In this document: in pieces, positions 1 to 14,108 of the stretch
How the letters are laid out: every line of letters begins with the position of its first letter
How positions within the stretch are numbered: position 1 is the stretch's first letter
Origin: Terriglobia bacterium
Lineage (GTDB): Bacteria > Acidobacteriota > Polarisedimenticolia > Polarisedimenticolales > JAIQFR01
Reading direction: 5' to 3'
Length of the DNA stretch: 64,000 nt
Assembly: GCA_963748015.1 (NCBI GenBank)
Contig: CAVVHE010000005.1
Location: 639,580-703,579, forward strand
Made by a program: the position numbers and the translations under genes
The notes under the pieces: generated by a model
What the model was told of the DNA's origin: nothing
Databases searched by the model: none
The model's input: only the letters and a program-made list of their open reading frames with translations

Positions 1-1
1 C

Positions 2-3553
<3,552 letters not shown>

Positions 3554-3630
3554 TCACCGCACCCACGGGCCTCCTTCGATCCCGGCCCTTGAACCCTTGC
3601 CGGTTTCGGAGTATCAGACCCTCGGAGGCG

Positions 3631-3660
3631 GATATTAAAGTACTATAGTAGAGTGACTTG
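3631..3660. promoter_or_regulatory. AT-rich divergent promoter region with perfect palindrome TACTATAGTA (3641-3650)
   Basis: GATATTAAAGTACTATAGTA in GC-rich context between divergent genes; contains -10-like TATAGT/TACTAT on both strands. Confidence 0.5.
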
Positions 3661-3745
3661 TCTAGGCTGGAACTGTGGACTCCCCGGGGGGGGCGCCGCA
3701 GGACGCGGTGCACGACGGAACGGACGGGAGGAGGGGCCCCACGTC

Positions 3746-4936
3746 ATGGAAGCACAGGTCCAGACGAACCTGAAGGGTAGTGCTCGCCTCGGGAATTACC
3801 TGAAGAGGCTGCGCTCCGGGTACGGCTACTCGCTCCGCCGCGTCGAGGAGCGCGCGCGGGCCGAGGGTGGCGAGATCGACAACTCCCAGCTCAGCCGTTA
3901 CGAGAAGGGGATCTGCTACCCGTCGTTCGACAAGCTGCGAGTCCTCGCGAGCGTGTTCAACGTTTCGATCCAGGCGTTCTCGGACGTCGTGGACCTCGAG
4001 GAATACGAGGACCTCAAGCCGCAGAGCAGCGACCCGCGGGAGATCATCGAGACCGGGACCGGGGCCATGCGGGCCGGCGAGATGGGCAGGGCCTTCGCCC
4101 ACTTCGAGCGCGCCCTCGAGATCCTCGAGGCCGAGCCGGGCGGAGAGGGCTGGGCGGAGCAGGTGGCGCAGGCCCGGATCAATCTCGCCGCCGCCCTCAT
4201 CCGGCTCGGCAAGCTGTCGCTCGCCGAGCAGGAGCTCCGGAACGCGCTCCGCGCGGCGGACGGCCTCGGCGACACGCTGCAGGCCCGGGCGCTCCTCCAG
4301 CTCGCCAGCGTCCACTCCGACCAGGGCGACCTGCTCCTCGCGGAGATGGAGGCCGAGCGCGCCCACGGAATCGCGGCGCGCGCGAGCCTCGACGTGATCG
4401 CGGCCCGGGCCCGCCACGTACTGGCCGGCGTGCTCGCGCAGCGCAAGCACGAGAACGAGGCGATCGAGCGGTATCGAGAAGCGGCCGAGCTGTACGCGCG
4501 CTCCGGCGAGGCCTACGAGGCGACTCGCGTGCGGATCAGCATCGGCCTGTGCTACGTGAGCCTGGGCAAGAGCCGCGAGGGGATTCGCCTGCTGCGGACG
4601 GCGCTCGACGAAGCGGCGAGCGGCGGGCACCGCTACCTCGAGGCCTACGCGTTGAGCTGCCTCGGCGAGGCCTACTTCCGCCAGAAGGAGCCGCTCCGCG
4701 CGCAGGGTTGCTTGAGACAGTCGGACGCGCTCGCGGGCAGCGGGGAGCGCAGATACCCCGATTTGCTGTTCCTGAACGCGTATTACGAGTGGAAGATCGC
4801 TGCGGCACAGGCCAACCCCACTCGCGAGAAGATCGCTTTCGGCCGAATGAAGGCCCTGCGGCCTTGCGTCGAGCGCCGTTTCCCGGAAGTCGAGGCCTTC
4901 GACGCGTACGTGGAAAGGGGGCGCAGCGATGCGTAA
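3746..4936 (+). CDS. XRE-family HTH regulator with C-terminal TPR repeats
   Basis: LGNYLKRLR..SLRRVEE..SQLSRYEKG..PSFDKLRVLASVFNVS is an XRE HTH, followed by TPR-like helical pairs. ATG 3746 has GGAGGAGG upstream. Confidence 0.88.
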   Translation: MEAQVQTNLKGSARLGNYLKRLRSGYGYSLRRVEERARAEGGEIDNSQLSRYEKGICYPSFDKLRVLASVFNVSIQAFSDVVDLEEYEDLKPQSSDPREIIETGTGAMRAGEMGRAFAHFERALEILEAEPGGEGWAEQVAQARINLAAALIRLGKLSLAEQELRNALRAADGLGDTLQARALLQLASVHSDQGDLLLAEMEAERAHGIAARASLDVIAARARHVLAGVLAQRKHENEAIERYREAAELYARSGEAYEATRVRISIGLCYVSLGKSREGIRLLRTALDEAASGGHRYLEAYALSCLGEAYFRQKEPLRAQGCLRQSDALAGSGERRYPDLLFLNAYYEWKIAAAQANPTREKIAFGRMKALRPCVERRFPEVEAFDAYVERGRSDA

Positions 4937-5663
4937 CCGGCGCGTACTCCCGATTCTCCTCCTGGCGCTCCTCGTCCCCGCGGCCGTGGCTTCGGCCGCC
5001 GCGGGACCCGGCGCCGCTCTCCCCTTCCGGTTCGACCCGGTCCTCGACGGGAAGCCGGCGTACGCGACCGACGCCACGACCGGCGCGGTGTGGGCGGCCT
5101 GGGCCTTCAAGTCGCGCGGGGAGTTCGACATCGCCGTCTCGGTGCGCGATCTCGCGGGAGCCTGGAGCGAGCCCGCGTTCATCGGGCGGCTCGACGGTCT
5201 CGACCAGCTGGCCCCGGCCCTGGTTTCCGACCCGTCGGGGAACGTCTACATGGCGTTCGCCGTCAGGCAGACCTCGCAGATCTTCCTCTCCGTCCTGCCC
5301 CGCGGCGGATCGACCTGGTCCGCGCCGGTGCTCGCGACCTCCCGGGGCGAGCGAGGCTTCTCGCCCACCGTGGCGGTGCTGGCGGACTTCCTCGTGCTCG
5401 GCTACCGGACCGCCGACGGGAAGGTGACGCTTCGAGGCGCGCCTCTCGTGGGCGCGCCGGCCGTGTCGAGCGGCATGATGACGGGGAAGGCCGCGTTCCT
5501 CGGCCTGCTGCCGCTCGACAAGCCGATCGTTCCGAACGGGATCTACGACAACCCGGACGGGACCGACCCGCTCGGCTTCGGCGGCACGGGCTCCGACACG
5601 GGTGCCGGCACCGGCGGCACCCCGATCGACGCGGGAACGGCACCGGGCGGCGCGCCGAAGTAG
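4929..5663 (+). CDS. Secreted hypothetical protein: beta-propeller-like blades and a Gly/Thr-rich tail
   Basis: Sec signal (MRNRR-hydrophobic-ASA); W-S-x-P blade-like repeats; overlaps the regulator stop by 8 nt. Confidence 0.7.
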   Translation: MRNRRVLPILLLALLVPAAVASAAAGPGAALPFRFDPVLDGKPAYATDATTGAVWAAWAFKSRGEFDIAVSVRDLAGAWSEPAFIGRLDGLDQLAPALVSDPSGNVYMAFAVRQTSQIFLSVLPRGGSTWSAPVLATSRGERGFSPTVAVLADFLVLGYRTADGKVTLRGAPLVGAPAVSSGMMTGKAAFLGLLPLDKPIVPNGIYDNPDGTDPLGFGGTGSDTGAGTGGTPIDAGTAPGGAPK

Positions 5664-5696
5664 AAGTCAGGCCGCCTTCCGCCAGATTCGATCCGC

Positions 5697-5732
5697 AGCG
5701 GCCGCTCTTCGAGAGCGGCCGCTTTGCGTTTT
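5697..5732 (+). terminator. Intrinsic terminator
   Basis: 12-bp perfect stem AGCGGCCGCTCT/AGAGCGGCCGCT followed by TTGCGTTTT, between convergent genes. Confidence 0.75.
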
Positions 5733-6889
5733 CAGCCCAGAGCCTCCCGCAGATCCGCGACGAGCTCGTCGGGAGATTCGAGCCCCACCGAAAGCCGCAG
5801 CATGCCGGGAGCGACGCCCGCGAGCTCCAGCTCCGGCCCGTCGAGCTCGCGGTGGGACATCGTGGACGGGATCGAGACGAGCGACTCGACGCCGCCGAGA
5901 CTGGCCGCCCTGACGAACAGCCGCAGGCGGTCGTGCACGCGCTCCGCCGCGGCCGCCGCCCCCTCGACCTCGAAGGAGACCATGCCGCCGAAGCCGCTCA
6001 TCTGCCGGCGGGCGATCGCGTGGTCCGGATGGGTCGTCAGTCCGGGCCAGTGAACGCGGAGGACCTTTCCGTGCTCCTCGAGGAATCGAGCCACGGCCGC
6101 CGCTCCCTCCTCGTGCGCCTTCATGCGCACCGAGAGCGTTCTCATGCCGCGCTGAAGGAGAAACGCCGCAAAGGGGTCCGCCGTCCCGCCGAGCGAGCGA
6201 CGCGACGCGGAGATCGCGGCGACGAGGTCCTTCCGTGCCGCGACGGCGCCGGCCGTGACGTCGCCGTGCCCGCCGAGGTACTTGGTCCCGCTGTGGACCA
6301 CGACGTCGCAGCCGAGCTCGAGCGGGCGCTGCAGCGCGGGGGTCGCGAACGTCCCATCGACCACGGCCAGCGCCCCGGCGGCGCGAGCGGCCGCCGCAGA
6401 GGCCGCGAGATCCACGATCCTGAGGGAGGGGTTCGTGGGCGATTCGAGCCATAGCATGCGGCATCCGGCGAGCCGCTCCGGGGTCAGGCGCGAGATCTCG
6501 TCGAGCCCGAGCCATGTCGCCTCGATCGAGAGCCGCGGAAGGACGTCGCGGAAGAGCGCTGCGGTCCCTCCGTAGATCTCTCGTTGCACCGCGACTCGCT
6601 CCCCGGCGCGGACGAGGGCGAGCACCGTGGTGGAGATCGCCGCCATGCCCGACGAGAAGAGCGCCGCGTCCTCCGATCCTTCGAGGTCCGCGAGGAACCG
6701 CTCCGCCGCACGGACCGTCGGATTCTCGTAACGCGAGTAGAGCCATCCGCGCCCCTCGGTGTAGTACGACTCCATGTCCCGCTGGCTCGAGAACTCGAAC
6801 GTGGAGGCGGTCACGATCGGGAGCGCGAGCGGGCGCCCGACGTCGCTCACGGCGCCGGTGCCGCGCGCGCAGCGCGTCCGGAAGTCCAT
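5732..6889 (-). CDS. Cys/Met metabolism PLP enzyme (cystathionine/methionine gamma-lyase family)
   Basis: YSRYENPT, SSGMAAI, ESPTNP, HSGTKYLGGHGD (PLP Lys), SLGGVESL, LRLSVGLE. Confidence 0.92.
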   Translation of the reverse strand: MDFRTRCARGTGAVSDVGRPLALPIVTASTFEFSSQRDMESYYTEGRGWLYSRYENPTVRAAERFLADLEGSEDAALFSSGMAAISTTVLALVRAGERVAVQREIYGGTAALFRDVLPRLSIEATWLGLDEISRLTPERLAGCRMLWLESPTNPSLRIVDLAASAAAARAAGALAVVDGTFATPALQRPLELGCDVVVHSGTKYLGGHGDVTAGAVAARKDLVAAISASRRSLGGTADPFAAFLLQRGMRTLSVRMKAHEEGAAAVARFLEEHGKVLRVHWPGLTTHPDHAIARRQMSGFGGMVSFEVEGAAAAAERVHDRLRLFVRAASLGGVESLVSIPSTMSHRELDGPELELAGVAPGMLRLSVGLESPDELVADLREALG

Positions 6890-7070
6890 GGAATCCTCCC
6901 TCGACCGCGACGGGTCTCCGGAACGAGAGACCGGCTCCGGCCACCCCCGTGGGCCCCGAAGGCCGGCCGTCGGGCCGGCTTCCTCCGGCCCGGTCGTTCA
7001 GTGGGCTCGCGCGGCCCGACTATCGCCTTAGTTTTGTCTTTTTCGAGGCCCGTTAATTAATTGAAACGTC

Positions 7071-7099
7071 TTGACAGCCGAAAAGGGTCGCCCTACTAT
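7071..7099 (+). promoter_or_regulatory. Sigma70-type dcw promoter
   Basis: TTGACA (7071-7076), 17 bp spacer, TACTAT (7094-7099), with an AT-rich tract upstream. Confidence 0.85.
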
Positions 7100-7105
7100 C
7101 TCGCG

Positions 7106-7160
7106 GTGGTCGAGAGTGGAGCAAAGTGGCCCATCGGGGCCCTTCTTCACGCTTCTCCAC
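7106..7160 (+). promoter_or_regulatory. MraZ-binding repeats
   Basis: GTGG at 7106, 7116, 7126 (GGGG at 7136) with 10-bp period; inverted TTCAC/TCCAC at 7146 and 7156. Confidence 0.75.
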
Positions 7161-7257
7161 GGGCAACCTGGAGACGAAGGGGACTCCCGAGGAACCGGTC
7201 AGGACGCGACGGCTTCGCACACCGAAGCCTACCACGTCGCGTTCAGGGGGTTATCGG

Positions 7258-7698
7258 ATGCTGCGCGGGAACTCGATCGCCAAGGTGGACGAGAAGGGGC
7301 GCCTGAAGCTCCCCGCGCAGTTCCGCGCGGCGATCGAGCCCGAGTACGGCACCGAGTTCTTCGTGACGAGCCTCCGCGGCGAGAGCGTGCGCATCTACCC
7401 GATGCGGGTCTGGGCGCGCGTCGAGGAGAAGCTGGCGCGCGCGTCGTCGGTGGATCCCGCCGTGATGCGATTCAAGAACTCCGTGAACTTCCATGGCCAG
7501 TGCGCGGTCATGGACGGCCAGGGACGCGTCCTGATCCATCCGCTCCTTCGAGAGAAGGCCGGGATCCGCGGCGAGGTCGCCGTGCTGGGGCAGCAGGAAT
7601 TCCTCGAGGTCTGGAACCGCTCGGCCTTCGAGGAACGGCTCGCTGGCGACCCGCTGACGGACGCCGACCTGGCGACGTTGGCGAGCCTCGGGATCTGA
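7258..7698 (+). CDS. mraZ: Transcriptional regulator MraZ
   Basis: DEKGRLKLP and DGQGRVLI duplicated motifs, LEVWN; first gene of the dcw cluster. Confidence 0.95.
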   Translation: MLRGNSIAKVDEKGRLKLPAQFRAAIEPEYGTEFFVTSLRGESVRIYPMRVWARVEEKLARASSVDPAVMRFKNSVNFHGQCAVMDGQGRVLIHPLLREKAGIRGEVAVLGQQEFLEVWNRSAFEERLAGDPLTDADLATLASLGI

Positions 7699-7719
7699 GC
7701 GGGGGGGCGGGTCGCGTCC

Positions 7720-8688
7720 ATGCAATCGAGCGCACGACTCGAGGAGAACGTGGGACCGGTGACGCACCGCTCCGTCCTCGCCGCGGAGACGCTGTCGCTG
7801 CTCGAGCCTTCCCGCGGCGCGACGGCGGTGGATCTCACCCTCGGCGCGGGAGGCCACGCCGAGCAGCTGCTCGAGGCGGTGGGACCCACGGGACGCGTGT
7901 TCGGAATCGACCGCGACCCCGACGCGATCGCCCACGCCACGGCGCGGCTCCTGCGCTTCGGCAACCGTTTCGTCGCGCTGCGCGGCGACCACAGGGACCT
8001 CGTCGCGCTGCTCCAGGGCGCCGGCGTCTTCGCCGTCGAGGCGATCGTCGCCGATCTCGGCATCTCCTCGCTCCAGCTCGACGATCCGCGCCGCGGGTTC
8101 TCGTTCCGCCTGGACGGCCCCCTCGACATGCGCATGGACCCGACGTCGGGCCCCTCGGCCGCGGATCTCCTCGCGACGCTGAGCGAGGCGGAGCTCAAGG
8201 ACATCCTGAGGACCTACGGCGAGGAGCGGATGGCGGGGCCGATCGCGCGCGCGGTCGTGCGAGAGCGGGCGCGCCTCCCTCTCGTCCGGACGCACCAGCT
8301 CTCCGAGGTGGTCGTGCGAGCCGCGGGCCCCGCCGCGCGGCGATACCGGATCCACCCGGCGACCCGGACCTTCCAGGCCCTCCGCATCGCGGTCAACCGC
8401 GAGGTCGAGGGGCTCGAGAGGCTCGTCGCGGACGCGGTCTCGCTCCTGCGACGCGGCGGCCGGCTCGCGGTGATCTCGTTCCATTCCCTCGAGGACCGCG
8501 CGGTGAAGACCTCGCTCCGCGCGATGGCCGAGCGTTGCGTCTGTCCCCCGGGCCTCCCGGTGTGCGGCTGCGGCCGCGAGGACCTGATCCGCATCCTCAC
8601 GCCGCGACCGGTCACGCCGTCGGCCGAGGAAGTCGAGTCGAACCCGCGCTCGCGCAGCGCGCGGCTCCGCGCCGCGGAGAGGCTGTGA
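7720..8688 (+). CDS. rsmH: 16S rRNA m4C1402 methyltransferase
   Basis: DLTLGAGGHA, DLGISSLQLD, GPLDMRMD, HPATRTFQALRI, FHSLEDR, NPRSRSARLR. Confidence 0.97.
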   Translation: MQSSARLEENVGPVTHRSVLAAETLSLLEPSRGATAVDLTLGAGGHAEQLLEAVGPTGRVFGIDRDPDAIAHATARLLRFGNRFVALRGDHRDLVALLQGAGVFAVEAIVADLGISSLQLDDPRRGFSFRLDGPLDMRMDPTSGPSAADLLATLSEAELKDILRTYGEERMAGPIARAVVRERARLPLVRTHQLSEVVVRAAGPAARRYRIHPATRTFQALRIAVNREVEGLERLVADAVSLLRRGGRLAVISFHSLEDRAVKTSLRAMAERCVCPPGLPVCGCGREDLIRILTPRPVTPSAEEVESNPRSRSARLRAAERL

Positions 8689-9089
8689 TGACCGTCCCCG
8701 CCCAGGCCGAACCCCGACGCTGGCGCAACGTGACCGTGGTCCGCGAGGGCGACCCGCGCCGGATGCGATGGGTGCTGTTCCTGTTCGCCGGCATCCTCGC
8801 CGCGATCGTTCCCGTCGCCGCCTACCTGGTCCAGCAGATGCAGTACGTGGAGGCTCGCTACCAGATCGAGGACCTGAGGGGGCGGCTTCAGCGCCTCGAG
8901 GAGACGGAGCGCCGCCTGAGGATCGAGAGAGCGACGCTGGAAACGCTCCCGCGGGTGGAGAAGCGCGCGCTCGGCGAGCTCGGTCTCGTCCACGCGACGC
9001 CCCACCAGATGGTGGTCGTCCGTTCGTCGGCCCCGGACCGAGGGACCGCGGCGTCCCGCACCCTCGGCGAGTTCCCCTCGCCGCGCTGA
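8688..9089 (+). CDS. ftsL: Cell division protein FtsL-like
   Basis: Short cytoplasmic N-terminus, single TM, leucine coiled coil, 'RVEKRA..ELGL'; lies between rsmH and ftsI. Confidence 0.8.
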   Translation: MTVPAQAEPRRWRNVTVVREGDPRRMRWVLFLFAGILAAIVPVAAYLVQQMQYVEARYQIEDLRGRLQRLEETERRLRIERATLETLPRVEKRALGELGLVHATPHQMVVVRSSAPDRGTAASRTLGEFPSPR

Positions 9090-9126
9090 GCCGGCGTCCG
9101 GCGCAGGCGGCGGATCGAGAGTCTCG

Positions 9127-11213
9127 GTGGAGTCTTTGACCCGCACCCGCGTCGCGATCTTCACGGTGGCCGTGGCGCTCCTCGCGCTGGCCGTCGCCGC
9201 GCGGCTCGTCGAGCTGCAAGTGCTCCGCGCCGACGAGATGAAGTCCCAGGCGCGGCGGCAGCACGAGCAGATGGTGGAGATCGGCGGCGAGCGCGGGGCC
9301 GTGCTCGACCGCACCGGCCGCGAGCTCGCGGTGAGCGTCGCGACATCGTCGCTGTTCGCGCATCCCGCGCGCGTCGCGGACCCCCGGCGCGCCGCGCGAC
9401 TCCTCTCGGGGGTCCTCGACGTCCCCGAGTCGCGGATCTACGACCGCCTCCGCTCGGACGCGCCGTTCGTCTGGCTCAAGCGGCGCATGGATCCCGCGAT
9501 GACCCGTGCGGTGCAGGCGCTCCCCCTCCCCGTCGGGAAGGGAAAGCCGTTCGGGCTCGAGGACGAGGGGAAGCGCTTCTACCCCCAGGGCGAGCTCGCC
9601 GTGCACGTCGTCGGCATCGCGAACATCGACCAGCACGGGGTCGAGGGGATCGAGCGGGTGTTCGACGAGGAGCTGCAGGGAGACTCGTCTCGGTACCTCG
9701 CGGTCCGCGACGGCCGCGGCGGTACCGTGCTGCAGCTGGTCCAGCCGGCGTCGAAGGTCCCGCAGGACGTCGTGCTGACCCTCGACCTCGACCTGCAGCA
9801 CATCGTGGAACGCGAGCTCGACCGGGCGTGGACCGAGAGCGGCTCGCGCGCGGCGGCCGCGATCCTCCTCGACCCCGCGACGGGGCAAGTCCTGGCGCTC
9901 GCGAACCGCCCGACCGCCGACGCGAACCGCTACGGCGAGGCCACGGCCGAGGGGAGGCGCAACCGCGCGGTCGTGGACCAGTACGAGCCCGGCTCCACGT
10001 TCAAGGTGATCACCGCGTCCACGGCGCTCGATCTCGGCACGGTCACGCCGGAGCGGACGTTCGACTGCCAGAACGGGAGCATCTCCATCGCGGGGTTCAA
10101 GATCCGGGACCACAACCCCTACGGCGTGCTCACGGTGCGGGAGATCCTCGAGAAGTCGAGCAACGTCGGGGCCATCAAGATCGGCCGGACGATTCCCCGC
10201 GAGAGCTTCGACGAGTACATCCGCAGGTTCGGGTTCGGGCGCCGCACCGGGATCGAGCTGCCGGGGGAGCGCTCGGGCCAGATCACGCCGCTCGCGAGCT
10301 GGTCGGTCCTCTCCCCCGCCTCGATGTCCATGGGGCAGGAGATCGCGGTGACCGCGATGCAGGCCGCGTCGGCGCTCGCTACGGTGGCCAACGGCGGCCT
10401 CCGCGTCCCGCCGCGCATCGTCCTCGGGAAGCGCGACGCGTCGGGGACCTTCACGCACGAACCTCGGCCCGAGCCCGTGCGGGTGATCTCCGAGCGCACC
10501 GCGCGCACGATCGCGGGGATCCTCGAGGGGGTCGTCGTCCGCGGCACCGGCACGAAGGCGGCGGTCCCCGGCTACCGGCTCGCCGGGAAGACCGGCACCG
10601 CGCAGAAGGTCGTGCCGGGCCAGGGCTATTCTCACAAGGATTTCGTCGCTTCGTTCGCGGGCTTCGGCCCCGTGGGATCGCCGCGCCTCGCGGGAATCCT
10701 CGTGCTCGACTCGCCGAGCGGCGGGGTCTACTACGGCGGCCAGATCGCGGCGCCCGCGTTCGGCCGGATCATGGCCGACGCTCTCGCCTACCTGCGCGTG
10801 CCGCCCGACGAGGACCCGCTGCCCCCTCCGGAAGCCAAGCCGGCGTCCCCGGCGCAGAAGACCGCCAGGAAGCAGGCCTCGGACGGCGAGGAGGGCGCCG
10901 CGCCGCAGCTGCCGGACGCTCCGATCGCCACGGGCCCCGGCCAGGTTCCGGACCTGCGCGGCCTCGGTCTTCGCGAGTCCGTCGTCGCCCTCTCCGCGCG
11001 CGGGTACCGCGCGCACGTCGCGGGAAGCGGCACCGTGCTCGAGCAGGTCCCGCCGCCGGGCTCCCCGCTCGGGGAAGGCGGCGTCTGCGAAATCCGGCTC
11101 GGGGCCCCTTCGGACGAGCGGGCCGTCACGCCCGCGAAGCCGGCCGCCCCCCCGCGGCACCCAAGCCGCTCGTGGCATCCGTCCGCGCCCCGGCGAAACG
11201 GAGGGCGCGATGA
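9127..11213 (+). CDS. ftsI: PBP3/FtsI transpeptidase with PASTA domain (apparent 1-nt deletion in C7 run at 11147-11153)
   Basis: RGAVLDR, EPGSTFK (SxxK), SSN, KTGTAQK, PASTA (VPDLRGL). Adding one C gives a stop at 11211-11213 overlapping the murE ATG. Confidence 0.92.
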
Positions 11214-12727
11214 TCGCGGCGGCGCGTCTCCTGTCGGACCTCCTGCACGGAGCCGGCGTCCTCCCCCTCGAGCCCGTCGCGGCCGACCCCGAGATCACCG
11301 GCGTCTCGCTCGACTCGCGGCGCGTGGAGCCCGGCAACCTGTTCTACGCGCTTCGCGGCTTCCGGACGGACGGCGTCGTCTTCGTTCCCGACGCGGTCGG
11401 CCGCGGCGCGGCCGCCGTGGTCTCGTCCTCGCCGCGGCCGCCCTCGCTCCACGAGGGCATCGCCTGGGTCCGCGTGGAGGACGCGAGGCGCGCGGCCGGC
11501 CTCCTCGCGCGCGAGTGGTTCGGGCGGCCCGACGAGGCGGTAGCACTCGTGGGGATCACCGGGACCAACGGGAAGACGACGGTGACGTACCTCGTCGAGG
11601 CGATGGCCCGGGCCGGCGGGCTCACGCCGGGCCGGATCGGGACGATCGGCTGCGCCTACGGCGGCAACGAGCGCCCGAGCCCGCGCACGACGCCGGAGGC
11701 TCCCGAGCTCTTCGCGCTCCTCGCGGAGATGCGCGACGCCGGCGTCGACCTCGTGGCGATCGAGGTCTCGTCGCACGCGCTGGCACTCGGCCGCGTGGAG
11801 GGAGCGCGGTACGCGGTGGCCGCCTTCCTGAACCTCGGCCAGGACCATCTCGACTTCCACGGCGACCCCGAGTCGTACTTCGAGGCGAAGGCCCGGATGT
11901 TCGACGGGCTCGGCCCCGACCAGACCGCCGTGCTCCCCGCCGACGACCCGCGCGGGGCGGAGCTTTCGTCCCGCACGCGCGCCGGAACGATCACGTTCGG
12001 CCGTTCGCAGGGGGCGACCGTGCGCCTCCGCGACGAGGCCTGCGACCTCGAGGGCTCCTCCGCCGTTCTGGAGATCCGCGGCTCCCCTCTCGAGATCCGC
12101 ACCCGGCTGCTCGGCAGGTTCAACCTCGACAACGTCGCCGCGGCCGCCGCGTGCGCGGTCGCGGCGGGCCTTCCCCCGAGCGCCGTCGCCGGGGGAGCGC
12201 GCGCGGTCGCGCAGATCCCGGGCCGGATGGAGCCTGTTTCCGCGGGCCAGCCGTTCGCGGTGCTCGTGGACTTCGCCCACACCGAGCAGGCGCTCGCCCG
12301 CCTCCTCGACGGCGTCCGCGACCTGGTGAAGGGCAAGACGCTGGTGGTGTTCGGCTGCGGCGGCCAGCGGGACCGCGGGAAGCGGCCGGCGATGGGGCGC
12401 GCCGCCGCGCAGCGCGCCGACCTGGTCTTCCTGACCTCCGACAACCCGCGCGACGAGGATCCGCTGGCGATCCTCCGCGAGGTGGAGTCCGGGGTGGCGT
12501 CGGTCCCGGGAGGGCCGGAGCGGTGCTGCGTGATCCCGGGCCGGACCGAAGCGGTCGCGGCCGCCGTCTCGCTCGCACGCCAGGGCGACGCCGTCGTGAT
12601 CGCGGGCAAGGGGCACGAGACGACGCAGACCTTCGGGGACCACGTGGAACACCTCGACGACCGCGAGGTCGCGAGGAAGGCGCTGGCCGCTCTCGGCTGG
12701 GGAAGGGGCGTCCGTGCCGGCGCTTAG
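11210..12727 (+). CDS. murE: UDP-MurNAc-dipeptide:meso-DAP ligase
   Basis: GITGTNGKTT, TTPEA, EVSSHAL, DHLDFHG, DNPR (DAP-type), AGKGHE. Confidence 0.96.
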   Translation: MIAAARLLSDLLHGAGVLPLEPVAADPEITGVSLDSRRVEPGNLFYALRGFRTDGVVFVPDAVGRGAAAVVSSSPRPPSLHEGIAWVRVEDARRAAGLLAREWFGRPDEAVALVGITGTNGKTTVTYLVEAMARAGGLTPGRIGTIGCAYGGNERPSPRTTPEAPELFALLAEMRDAGVDLVAIEVSSHALALGRVEGARYAVAAFLNLGQDHLDFHGDPESYFEAKARMFDGLGPDQTAVLPADDPRGAELSSRTRAGTITFGRSQGATVRLRDEACDLEGSSAVLEIRGSPLEIRTRLLGRFNLDNVAAAAACAVAAGLPPSAVAGGARAVAQIPGRMEPVSAGQPFAVLVDFAHTEQALARLLDGVRDLVKGKTLVVFGCGGQRDRGKRPAMGRAAAQRADLVFLTSDNPRDEDPLAILREVESGVASVPGGPERCCVIPGRTEAVAAAVSLARQGDAVVIAGKGHETTQTFGDHVEHLDDREVARKALAALGWGRGVRAGA

Positions 12728-14108
12728 CCTCGGCGAGCTCGCGGCGGCCACCGGCGGCGTCCTGCTGCGCGGCAGCGGCGAGACCCGCGTGGACTCGTAC
12801 TCCATCGACACGCGGACGCTGCGGCCGGGGGGGGTCTTCTTCGCGCTCCCGGGCGCGCGGTCGGACGGGCACTCGTTCCTCGGCGCGGCCGCGCGCGCCG
12901 GCGCCGCCGCGGGGGTGATCCGCGAGGAGCCCCCGGTCGGCGAGGCCGCCCCTCCCGCCCTCCTCCGCGTGGACGACGTCGCGGACGCGCTCGCGCGCGC
13001 CGGTTCCGCGGCGCGGCGAGCGGGCGGCTTCCGCGTCGCCGCGGTGACCGGCAGCGCCGGCAAGACCACGACCAAGGAGTTGCTGGCGGCGGGGCTCGGC
13101 GCGTCGCGCAAGGTGCACCGCACGCAGGCGAATCTCAACAACCACCTCGGCGTGCCCCTGAGCCTGCTTGCCTGCCCCGACGGTGCCGAGTGGGCGGTGA
13201 TCGAGATGGGGATGAGCGCCCCGGGGGAGATCGGATTCCTGACGCGCATCGCCGACCCGGACGTCGCGCTCGTGACGAACGTGAGGCCGGTCCACCTGGA
13301 GTTCTTCGACTCGCTCGACGGCATCGCCGCCGCGAAGGGGGAGCTGTACGCTCTCCTCCGGCACGAGGCGACGGCCGTCGTGAACCTCGACGACGAGCGG
13401 TGCCGCGTCCAGGCGCTGAGGCACGCAGGCCCGCGCGTGACGTTCGGACGCGATCCGTCGGCGGACGTGGCGCTCGAAAGCGTCGAGGACCGGTTCGTCC
13501 CCGGAGCCGCGCTCGCGTTCCGGCACGGCGGGCGGAGCCGCACGCTCGCCCTCCGGATCGGCGGCGCGCACGCGGCGCTCGACGCGCTCGCCGCGCTCGC
13601 CGCCGTCGCGGCGGCGGGGGAAGACCTCGACGCGGCCGCCGCGGCCATGTCGTCGGTCGAGCCGGCTCCCGGCCGCGGCAGGGTCCACCGGCTCGCGAAC
13701 GGCGCGCTGCTCGTGGACGAGTCCTACAACAGCAACCCGGCGGCGCTCGAATCGGTGCTCGAAACGCTCGAGGGCTCTCCGGCCTCGGGCCGGAAGGTCC
13801 TCGTGATGGGGGACATGCTCGAGCTCGGCCCGACCGAGAAGGCGCTGCACCGGGAGGCGGGCGAGCGCGCGGCCGCGAGCGGGGTGCAGGTGCTCGTCGG
13901 CGTCGGTCCGCGGTCGAAGGCCGCGGTCGAGGCGGCCCGCCGGTCGCGTATCGCGGAGGCCTGGCACGAGGCGGACGCCGCCGCCGCCGCCCGGTCGGTG
14001 CCGCCGAGGATCGGCTCCGGGGACCTCGTCGTGGTCAAGGGATCCAGGGGCATCCGCCTCGAGAAGGTCGTCGAGGCGATCCTCAGGTATCGCGAGGAGG
14101 CGAGCTGA
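12714..14108 (+). CDS. murF: UDP-MurNAc-tripeptide:D-Ala-D-Ala ligase
   Basis: [44 protein letters not shown]. Confidence 0.96.
   Translation: MPALSLGELAAATGGVLLRGSGETRVDSYSIDTRTLRPGGVFFALPGARSDGHSFLGAAARAGAAAGVIREEPPVGEAAPPALLRVDDVADALARAGSAARRAGGFRVAAVTGSAGKTTTKELLAAGLGASRKVHRTQANLNNHLGVPLSLLACPDGAEWAVIEMGMSAPGEIGFLTRIADPDVALVTNVRPVHLEFFDSLDGIAAAKGELYALLRHEATAVVNLDDERCRVQALRHAGPRVTFGRDPSADVALESVEDRFVPGAALAFRHGGRSRTLALRIGGAHAALDALAALAAVAAAGEDLDAAAAAMSSVEPAPGRGRVHRLANGALLVDESYNSNPAALESVLETLEGSPASGRKVLVMGDMLELGPTEKALHREAGERAAASGVQVLVGVGPRSKAAVEAARRSRIAEAWHEADAAAAARSVPPRIGSGDLVVVKGSRGIRLEKVVEAILRYREEAS

Noticed and set aside
9127..12918. 1263-aa FtsI with a giant extension
   Set aside because: The extension is out-of-frame murE sequence after a homopolymer slip.
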